A DNA stretch of 64,000 bases from Entomortierella parvispora E1425 (lineage: Eukaryota; Fungi; Mortierellomycota). A program made the translations under genes and the position numbers. Below the pieces are notes generated by a model that worked only from the letters and a program-made list of their open reading frames with translations, was not told the DNA's origin and searched no databases. The stretch covers positions 2,294,001 to 2,358,000 of the forward strand of contig BQFW01000013.1 of NCBI GenBank assembly GCA_020891255.1. The letters are read 5' to 3'. Shown one piece after another: positions 1-8,737 of the stretch. Within the stretch, counting starts at the first letter, position 1. The number at the start of each line of letters is the position of its first letter.

Positions 1-2501
1 TTTTGGTGCAAGGGAGAGCAGGCATTGGCAAAACAACGCTCTGCAAGAAGCTTGTCCATGCCCACCAGAATGGACTGTGGAGGAATCTGTTTGATGTCGT
101 ATTGTGGATTCCCTTGCGCAACCTCCGAGGATTTACAGGCAACACCCTCGAGGCTCTATTTCGTGACAAGATTTTTATCGGCCAGGATCGTGTCCAGCGT
201 CAAGAAGCGTTGGCGGAAGCTCTTGTGACTTGTGCTGAAAAGGGAAAGGTCCTTTTCATCTTGGACGGCATGGATGAGATTGTGGCCGATACGGAGAGCG
301 AGGAGCGCCAGACTTTTAGGAGGTTCTTAATGACCCTCCTTGGACAACAATATGTCGTCGTCACTTCGAGACCTTCCGGCGTAGACAGCTCACTATTGCA
401 ATCAACAGATCTGGAACTTGAGACTGTCGGGTTCAGTCAGCAGAATGTCCAAGATTTTCTGGTCAAGGTACTCGATTATGAGGGAGCAACATCGGTTCAG
501 GATTTTATTCGACGAACACCATTGATTCAAGGACTCGTCAACATCCCAGTGCAACTTGACGTGATCTGCTTCAGTTGGGATTCACTTCCCAAAAATGTCT
601 CACACATCACCATGACGGGACTATATCAGCTGATGGTGCAGAGACTTTGCTGCAAGGACGCAGTGCGACTCAAGAAGAAGGCGGGAAAAATATTGCTGAC
701 AGACCAGAGACTTCGCAGTTACGGTCCTAAAGAAATGGAGAATGTGATGGCGACCGAACTGCTGCATCTTGGGTACCTTGCGTTCAGAGGGATGGAGAAT
801 CGTCACCAAATCGAATTCGAAGAAAAGGACCTCCGCCAAGCGTTCAGAGAGCTTCAGGAAAGTTCTGGATTCAACCAGACGCCTACACCTGAAGATCTCG
901 TTGACACTATCAAGCAGACATCATTTTTGAACACGGCTGATGTAGACTTGAGCTCTCAAAACGCCAATTTTCAGCAAGCCTGGCATTTTTTGCACCTGAC
1001 ATTTCAGGAATATTTCGCCGCAACCTGGATAGTTCGCCATTTTACCCTCAGACAAGAGTGCCGCCCAGCCAAAATGATGTCCAGGGAACAATTGGCCGAC
1101 TTTGTTCACCAGCACAAATACAACCCTCAATATGAGATTGTTTGGTCAATGGTAGCAGGGCTGTTGGAAGGCGAGGCTCTGATGGAATTCTTTGGGCTTT
1201 TGCAGGGTGCGCCGCGCGATCTGATAGGAGGACGGCATGTGCTGATACTTGCATCCTGCTTCAACGAGGCACATGGTCGACTGGACTCCAAATATTCCAA
1301 GAAAGTAGACGAGGAGCTTCGGAGATGGCTTCGTTTTGAGATGCAGACACTTGAGCATGACGAAGACAGTGTCAGTAGGTTGGGCAGTCAGCTTTCATTC
1401 CCGGAGGCTTCTCTGGTCAACACACTGGTCTCTGAAAGCCCGTGGAGGAGCACCCTTGCAAGGACACTGGGGACTCGCTCTATAATGTCAGACGACGCCA
1501 TCACCTTCCTAGTCGTTGCACTCGACGACAACGACAACAGAGTGAGGTTTTTCGCTGCCGCAGCATTAGCAGAGCAGCCTCAATTGCCGGGATCATTGAT
1601 CACACCTCTCATTGCTGCACTGAAAGATAAGGATGGGGATGTCAGATATGCAGTGGCAACAGCATTAGGCAAACAGTCTCCGCTTCCAGAATCAGCCATC
1701 CCCGCTCTCGTCGCTGCACTCGATGATGAAGACGAAGATGTCAGGTCCGCTGCTGCATCGTTGTTATCCAAGCATTCAATTTCTCGAGAGACATCCATCC
1801 GGCCTCTCATCACGGTGATCGGTGCTAAAGACGAAGACGCCAACCCAACTGCTACATTGGCTTTGAACAGCATTCATTCCACGGGGCCGACTTTCATCCA
1901 ACCTTCGATTGCGCCACTCAAGAACGAACACGAGGAAGTCAAATTTGCAGTGACATTGAATTTGAGCGAAGAATCTGAGTTGCCAGAATCGCCCATAAAA
2001 TCCCCCGTCGACGCACTCAAGGATGAAAATGAGCATGTCAGATCTGCGGCAGTAAGATTATTGGGCAAACAATTTGAGTTGCCAGAATCAGCCATCGGAT
2101 CCCTTGTTGACGCACTCAAGGATGAAAATGAGGAAGTCAGAATTAGGGCAGCATACGCATTGGGCAATCAATCTGGGCTGCCGGAATCAGCGGTACATTT
2201 TCTCATTGCTCTACTCAAGGACGTCGGCAAATATGCCAGTATCTACGCTTTACAAGTTCTCCGGCAACATTCCCATTCCATATGTTTTGCTTTTCCACAG
2301 CTCACAAAAGATGAAATTACGAGCGTGTATGAGAGCTGTCTATTTCAGTATAGCTGCAGTCATGTTTTATCTTTACAAGTACAAGACGGCAGATTGCGGA
2401 TCTATACAGAGAAACGCAAGATCTCAGAGATCATTGACGGCGACGTGCAGGAGAAAATATTTTCTGCGTTCAGAGCTGTCCAGGATAAACGGGGGTTATA
2501 G
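1..2501 (+). CDS. NLR-like NACHT NTPase + HEAT-repeat protein (paralogue 1; 5' end lies outside the window)
   Basis: Walker A GRAGIGKTT, Walker B LFILDGMDE, NACHT winged-helix motif WHFLHLTFQEYFAA, then about 8 units of a 33-aa (99-bp) repeat LPESAIxSLVDALKDExxxVRxxAAxALGxQ; the frame is open from base 3 to the TAG at 2499-2501. Confidence 0.92.
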   Translation, partial: LVQGRAGIGKTTLCKKLVHAHQNGLWRNLFDVVLWIPLRNLRGFTGNTLEALFRDKIFIGQDRVQRQEALAEALVTCAEKGKVLFILDGMDEIVADTESEERQTFRRFLMTLLGQQYVVVTSRPSGVDSSLLQSTDLELETVGFSQQNVQDFLVKVLDYEGATSVQDFIRRTPLIQGLVNIPVQLDVICFSWDSLPKNVSHITMTGLYQLMVQRLCCKDAVRLKKKAGKILLTDQRLRSYGPKEMENVMATELLHLGYLAFRGMENRHQIEFEEKDLRQAFRELQESSGFNQTPTPEDLVDTIKQTSFLNTADVDLSSQNANFQQAWHFLHLTFQEYFAATWIVRHFTLRQECRPAKMMSREQLADFVHQHKYNPQYEIVWSMVAGLLEGEALMEFFGLLQGAPRDLIGGRHVLILASCFNEAHGRLDSKYSKKVDEELRRWLRFEMQTLEHDEDSVSRLGSQLSFPEASLVNTLVSESPWRSTLARTLGTRSIMSDDAITFLVVALDDNDNRVRFFAAAALAEQPQLPGSLITPLIAALKDKDGDVRYAVATALGKQSPLPESAIPALVAALDDEDEDVRSAAASLLSKHSISRETSIRPLITVIGAKDEDANPTATLALNSIHSTGPTFIQPSIAPLKNEHEEVKFAVTLNLSEESELPESPIKSPVDALKDENEHVRSAAVRLLGKQFELPESAIGSLVDALKDENEEVRIRAAYALGNQSGLPESAVHFLIALLKDVGKYASIYALQVLRQHSHSICFAFPQLTKDEITSVYESCLFQYSCSHVLSLQVQDGRLRIYTEKRKISEIIDGDVQEKIFSAFRAVQDKRGL

Positions 2502-2652
2502 CGTAATGTTTGAATAAAAGTGCCTTTCACAACTGCATGTGGTTCGTGCTCAGAAACTGAGGCGTCCATTCAAAGGAGGAATGCCGAATATCAAAAAGCA
2601 AGAAGTACAAGATGAAAAGGCGATAAGCAGTGGAGCGATCATGGTGAGATGA

Positions 2653-2709
2653 GTTATTCTTCCGTTGAATCGCAACCTTCGGTCTTCACGTTGTTTGACC
2701 ACGGAAATA
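2653..2709 (+). mobile_element. Ends-only footprint of DIRS family 3 (left ITR tip fused to right extension)
   Basis: GTTATTCTTCCGTTGAA matches the left-ITR tip inferred from the ICR at about 45725-45765. It is joined to CAACCTTCGGTCTTCACGTTGTTTGACCACGGAAATA, the right-end extension also seen at 4593-4630, 38998-39034 and 45459-45495. The AGT core is present at both flanks. Confidence 0.65.
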
Positions 2710-2729
2710 GTGGTCAAGGGTGTAGCGAG

Positions 2730-3190
2730 CAAAGAGCCGGAAATTCTCGTCTTTACTGCTAAAGGCTGATACGATTCTCTGTCAAGTGTTAATTGTAAGT
2801 TGTCTTTGGTCGTGAATGTTTTTATCGCGACAATATCGTACTGAGATATCCAAGGGTCAATTGCTTTTCACTTCGAGCATCCAATACTGTTGACTGTTTA
2901 TTGAAATGGCAACAAGTACGCAAATCAAATATGCGCTTCATGATCGCCTCAGATGCAAAATCGACTCTTATTGTACGAGCAATTTTTTCCTGCTCTTGGA
3001 CCAGATTTGTTGAGCATCCTTGCGTCAAAGAATAAAAGCAATCCTTGTCCGACGGTGGTCACTAGTACATTCCAGATCCTGAGCTGAATGCCAGTTGCAC
3101 CAACTCCATTCAGGCCAGCAGGTGTGGTTGCACTGATTGATCTACGATACGAAGAATCCAGACTTCAGCGTGAGGTGCATCTCGCCACTG
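2730..3190 (-). pseudogene. Fragment (copy a) of an unidentified multi-exon gene family
   Basis: Inverted homologue of 6750-7380 and 58650-59290; encodes LVQEQEKIA...IMKR..TCCHFNKQSTVL...QLTLGY, matching the other copies. Confidence 0.55.
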
Positions 3191-3262
3191 CTCCTGCCTG
3201 TCGGACGCCACTGCTCCTGCCTGTCGGACGCCACTGCTCCTGCCTGTCAGATGCCACTGCTC
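3184..3262 (+). repeat. 23-bp tandem repeat x3.4 (GCCACTGCTCCTGCCTGTCGGAC)
   Basis: Units start at 3184, 3207, 3230 and 3253, with no spacers. Confidence 0.88.
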
Positions 3263-3724
3263 AACAAACAACACCACAAACGATAGGGTCCAGTATGAAG
3301 TATGGCGTCCTGGAAGAAGAGTCCGACTGCAAGCAAGTCTGTGGTAAGGCCTAGTCCTGTCCTCATTACGTGAATGTTGAATCAGTATATGCATGCTCCC
3401 GCCAGGTCCAGCTCATACATGATTCCAGGAGCCAAGGTTGATGCACGTCGGACGATGGAGACTTGCCTTCGGATCTATAACAAAGGAGAGGAGCAAAGAG
3501 TCCTTACGGTGATTGGACTTGGCCTGAAGACAAAGAGAGAACTAGGTTGACAATTACCCTCACATTCAAGGACGTGTCTGCCAGCATGAACAATGAGGAT
3601 GTGCTGGGAAGGTACGGGCAGTCGACTTGAGACAGCATGAACTCGCGCATCATAGACAAGAAGTAAACAATGGAGCAAAGCAGATGCAGAGCAAGGGGAC
3701 TCCAGCAGACCCGAGATGGTAACA

Positions 3725-4075
3725 AGCGCACGGAGTCCAATGAGTGTTCTGCAACTCTGGGTTAATGCCGCATGCTACCAGTATGAGACGCCAAAGAAGG
3801 AAGCAATCAAGAGGCAAGCGTGGTTTTGGCTGTATGCATCGGTGACAAAACATCACCGAGCACGGAGCGTTAAACACCAAGATGCCTACGGACATGCCGA
3901 CGAGCGCACGGAGTCAATTGAATGTTCTGCAGCTCTGGGTTAATGCCCCATGCAATCAGCATGAGACGCCAAAGAAGAAAGCAATCAGGAGGCAAGCGTG
4001 GTTTTGGCTGTACGCATCAGTGACAAAACATCACTGGGCACGGAGCGTCGAACACGACCAATGTACCTGCATCGA
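3725..4075 (+). repeat. Tandem duplication with a period of about 178 bp
   Basis: GTTCTGCA(A/G)CTCTGGGTTAATGCC...GGCAAGCGTGGTTTTGGCTGTA..CATC.GTGACAAAACATCAC occurs at 3746 and 3924. Confidence 0.8.
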
Positions 4076-4592
4076 AGGCGGCAATCGAAAATTGGTTGTG
4101 AGCAATCTCAGAAGTAAGGGAGTAGCAATGAAAACGGACCTGTGATGACCCAGTGATGATGAATGGGAGTGGTGGAAGTAGAGGTCCAAGGAAAATGCGC
4201 GCATTTGTTTGATGGTAACCAAATCCAAAAAAAAGGCTCCAGGACAATCCACGCCAGGAAGTGATGTTGCTTGGGTTATTTAGGATAAGAAAGCGGCAGG
4301 TTCACGCGGTTTTGGTATGCTGGACAGTGCGGAATAGTACCCCTGTGGTTTCTAAATCACGTCGAAGTCGTCCAAGAGATATCCCTCTGGAGTTCGTTGT
4401 TTGTACGCAATACCGCTACCTATGCGGGCCTCTAGGGAACAGAGGTTATCACAATACAGGTGGCCTCGGGGTTTGCGGTGGAGGCCAAGAGAAGGGAAAG
4501 AGGGAAGGAAGAGGACAATAATGCTTCAACACCATGGAGAGAGAGCCTTGGGTGTTTTGAGTTCGAGGACAAACAAGGAAGGACACATTTTC

Positions 4593-6002
4593 TATTTCTG
4601 TGGTCGAACAACGTGAAGACCCAAGGTTGTAATTCTTCCGTCGAACTGGACTCAGATGTGTGTGTCTTCTTTTATTTTTTATCTTCTTTGAGAGAGCAGC
4701 GGAATGGAGAAATCAGGGTCGGGACCAAGGGCGGGACACACCTGGGTCCAGTTCTCGTCGAACTACAATCGCAGGTCTTCACGCGGTTCAACCACGGAAA
4801 TAGGTTTACAGAATAAACGGTCAAACCTGTGGCTAGCCTATTGACCCCTTCTGCAGCAGATCGGACACTTGTTTTGTCCAATGCGTCCATGTCCCGCGCT
4901 GCTAGGATTGGATCCCGCGTCGACTTGCATGTCTGCGTTGGTGGTGGGGACAGAAATGGGATCTTGTATCCCTCCTGAACGATCTTCAGGATCCTCCTCT
5001 GGGGCGTGAAGGCTTCGCCAGGAGTCGGAAAAAAAGTCCCGCAGACGGCCCCCTACTTTCGGGAGTCGTTCCCCTTCGACGGTTCTGAGAGTCGTTCCTG
5101 CAGTGGCACTGGCTCCCCTGGTCTTGTCTTCCTCCCCCCTGGAAAAAAGCTGTTGTGGCTAGAGTTGGAATTGTTGTTGCCTCCTTTGTTCGATCCTGAC
5201 TTTTGCTTCCAGGAGTTATTGGAGGACTTGTTTTTTGTGGTCGTAGTTTGAACCACTGTTCTTCCCGCCACTGTTGTTGTGGCTGGAGTTGTTGTTGCCA
5301 AACCGTGTCTTGGTCCGTTTAATCTTGTCCTGCCTGAGTAGCTCCACTCGCTGGTCGTTGATCTGGGCTGCCAGGTCCCCCAACGTGCGTAGCATGACTG
5401 TCCCGAAAGAAGAGACCGCTTCTCTGATGCTGTCGGGAGCATCCTGATCTTTGAGTACGGCATACAGGAGAAGGTCAACTGGACGGGTGGCGCTGGCAAC
5501 CGCTTCCTGTAGTATAACCAGAATCTTGTCTGTGGATTGACAATTCTTGGAGACAGAGAGAGATTGTGGGATGGTCTTGGGCGTGTAGAGGCGGCCATGA
5601 GTGTTTGGATAACCCCGCTGGAACTCTTTGGTTTCTTCATCGGAACGTCTCTCCGTAAAGAATAGTTCTGGGTCAGAGGGGAGGATCTCTGGGCAGAGAT
5701 CCACGAGCCATCCTGGAGGGTAAAAGTCAGGACTCTTTTCTGGAAGCCTGAAGCTTGGATCATCTTGCCAGGAGGAGATCCGTTTAGGAGCGGAAGCCGT
5801 GACCGTAGCTGAAGGAGAGGAAGGTGTGCTCAGTAGCTAGGGTAGGGGCCGCAGCTGCCACAGCCTGGAGAAGTTGCATGAGAAGTGCATTGGTGGAGTT
5901 GTCGCTAGGCGGTGTGGACATAGGAAGGAGTGAAGGAGTGAAGATAAAAGAGCGACAGAGCGCACAAAGTAGTTTTATTCACTGTGGGGCTTTGAAGTTC
6001 GG
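4593..6002 (-). mobile_element. Internally deleted DIRS retrotransposon (family 3): left-ITR remnant, gag, start of pol, half ICR, right ITR and extension
   Basis: 5941-6002 is the reverse complement of the right ITR of the 45459-47352 relic. The gag-like ORF runs 5704 to 5053 with one frameshift near 5250. The pol N-terminus VGGRLRDFF..W, ILKIVQEGYKIPF, VSDLLQKGSI is frameshifted. The 4593-4802 inverted structure equals half ICR + right ITR + extension. Confidence 0.8.
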
Positions 6003-6129
6003 TTGGACAGAAGTTTCCTTTCTCTCTTTCTCTTCTTTCTCTCTTTATCTTCTTTCCCTTCTTCGCTTCCCTTCCCCCTCACTCTTCTTTCTTCCTATCC
6101 CTCCATCTTTTCATAATCAGCTCTCTGCT

Positions 6130-7650
6130 CAGTTGCCAATGACATCATCCTACCTGCCATCTATCTGCTCTTTTGTCTCATCTGCCCGAGCCATGTCGGC
6201 TTCAGATCAACTCCTCGTATGTAGTCCCATCTCTGCGGTGCAAGTGTAATCGGTCCGAAAACGTGTTTACTCCGAGTCGCTGTCCTCCTCATACCCCCAT
6301 GGTGCCATGGAACGTCGCCTGATCAGGCTTGTCCCTGAATGAATGTAATGAAGGTAAAGGCAATGGCCAACATTGACAAGCAAACATCCAATCCGAACCT
6401 CGGCTCATAGCTCCTCCTCTTTGACATAGCATTGGACTCGACAAGCATAAAAGCTGGACCAACCTCGCGAAGGATCTTCGGGTATAGAGTATACAACAGC
6501 CTTGGCGACTTGTAATCGTGGACAGACCGGACAAATATCGTGCGTCAAACTGGGAGCATATACAAGGACCCGACATGAGCATGTACGTAACAAGCACAGT
6601 GCCAAGAAGGTCACAGGATATGCGTCGGGCAGTATCTCTCATTGAAGAAAGCCATGGGTCTTACATATGGTCTTGCCCTTCTTTATGAATATCACTTAAC
6701 GGACAGGAGCATGGCGACATACAACTCATGCTGGAGTTTGGACCTCAAGTCAAAGCAGTCCTACAATACCGTCTGACCGGACTGCGGTTGGTTGCAATTG
6801 GCACTCGGCCCAGGATCTGGAATGTGTTAGTGACCGCCCTCGGTCAAGGATTGCTTTTATTTTTGGGCACAAGGACGATCGAAACTTTGGTCCAAGAGCA
6901 GGAAAAGTTTGCTTAAACAGCGGACTTGGTCTTCCAACCACTCATCAGGACATGACACCGCCAGCCACGGAGCAGAAGGATGGGCTGTAAGCATGCTCAT
7001 AGCTCATAGATTGTGTATTTGCAACTCCTCGATATACTGAAAACAGGACCTCACAGAACTACCGGAAAAAAATTGCAAAGACGTCGGAGCAGTCCTTGCA
7101 ATGCTGCAGGTGCCAAGCTGTTGAAAAGTTTTCCGATATCCGTCTACTCTAGTAAATGTATTTCTCCCTCTTTGATCCTAACTGCGTACCGTATCTTGTG
7201 ATTTGAATGTACTACATGTGTCTAAAAAGCGCAGGGGCGAATCTCTAGCAGCCTCTTGAAGTGATCATGAAGCGCTACTGTAGTTGCTTGACTGCTGCCA
7301 CTTCAATAAACAATCTACTATTTTCAACATCTGAACTACAGAGCAACTGGCTCTTGGCTACCACAGCGCGATAATATCCGAAAAAAAAGAGGGAGGGTTT
7401 CACCATTTATACATTTATACATCACAGCAATGGAGGAGTCAAGGTTGCCGTTGAAATTCAGTCATAAGTGATGTTGTGCCAACATGCAGATGATGCACCA
7501 GGAACTAGCTGTACAGAACTCATGGGAAAGGGGATTGCTTGCCAGGGAGAGGATAGGCGGTACAGGATTTCACTGCACTGTCAAGGGTCCTGACCAAGTA
7601 TCAATGTAGATCTCAGTCGGGGGATGGAAGTTCAAACTTGCAGCGATGCA
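6130..7650 (+). pseudogene. Copy b of the unidentified decayed multi-exon gene family
   Basis: Colinear similarity to 38050-39700, 50050-51190 and 58010-59300. Conserved splice-like pairs (CTC|GTATGT, GCT|GTAAGC...AAAACAG|GAC). Stop-riddled peptides such as KHKSWTxLxKD, RRAVSLIEESHG and CCHFNKQSTIF..TEQLALGY. Confidence 0.6.
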
Positions 7651-7779
7651 GATCGTTGAGGGGGGCTGGAAATAATCCGGGGTGCAATACCCATACTTTC
7701 TGTCACAGCGATGTTTGGCGGGGGGAGGTCCCTTCATCTGAAGATTCCAGACTTGTCCTTTATTGCTTGTCAGCGAAAA

Positions 7780-8110
7780 AGGAAACGTTGTCCTATTTGT
7801 CAACACCACAAACGTTTTCTTGTATGAGAGCCCCCAGCCCCCCAGCACCAATCCCAAGATGCATCCAAGGACACACAGGTTGAGTCCAGCGGCGATACCC
7901 ATGGCGCCAATCGACAAGTGTGTAGCCGGCATGGTATGCCATCATCAAGGCGGCGAGCGATCCGGCTGCGATGCCTCCAACCGTGAAGCCCAATAAAAAC
8001 GGCACTGTGTCCACTAGAATCGGGAGGCCAAGGAAGCTGGAGCATGCACCGATTAAAAGATATTTGCACATGCCACTCAAGCACGAGATTATACCCTCTA
8101 TTTGATCCAT
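7780..8110 (-). pseudogene. IFI6/IFI27 (ISG12)-like small membrane protein with an internal deletion and frameshift
   Basis: LLGFTVGGIAAGSLAALMMAYH in one frame continues as AT(HL)SIGAMGIAAG...LGLVLGG in another. This is the ISG12 signature GFTxxGIAAGSxAAxMMS...VATLQSxGAxG with the middle missing. Confidence 0.72.
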
Positions 8111-8737
8111 GTTTTTTTTTTTGCTCTTCAACAAAGGGTTTCTTCACGCTATGTGCAAATAGAAAAGATCGAAGATAGAATTATAGCTGTAAAGCTGAAG
8201 GATGCACGCAAACGATGGGATGGAGTTTGGAAAAGATAGAGTTGAAAAAGAGGAACGGACGCGAAGGTTATGTTCCTGCACCCCCCATTCTCGGTCCAAT
8301 GGGTAATATCGACCATGGTTGTTCAAAAGGTCAAGAGCAGCACAGCTCTGGCGTCCGTGCATTTTTTTTGGGGGGGGGGGGGGTGTGGCAGAGTCAAAGG
8401 CCAAGAGCTCTTCACAACAGTGGCCTTGGACAGGCTCGCAATTGTCCAGAAGGGGTTTTTTTCTGGCGTTGGTCCAATAGAACCTATGGTTGCTTGTACA
8501 ATGAAACTGTCAGGGGCCAGAGGAAGGACTTGACGACTTGCTTGCAGACTGCTTTGCTGCGGTGAACTTCTGTTTTTTGGTCCTGAGCTCGCGTGCTGGG
8601 ATCTTTGAGTGCATTTTCCTCATGAGCCACACAATCTGGACCAGCATAGACTCGGCCTCAGTTCTCCAGGTACTCGCTGTAGTTGATGATGCACTACTTG
8701 TAGTACAGCTAGCTGCAAGTCTGCAAGTTAGCTCATT

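Noticed and set aside
3184-3262. CRISPR-like array
   Set aside because: The repeats are contiguous with no spacers, in a eukaryotic context with no cas genes.
4593-4802. MITE with ~70-bp inverted repeats (also 45459-45736)
   Set aside because: The inverted arms are the ICR half and the right ITR/extension of a DIRS; at 45459-45790 they follow the recombinase ORF in the standard DIRS layout.
6400-6700. KDZ (Kyakuja-Dileera-Zisupton) transposase identity for the five-copy fossil family
   Set aside because: LFDIA and HQAGH..C...GFTYG resemble KDZ motifs, but they lie in frames that are less open than an alternative frame, and the motif order is not convincing.
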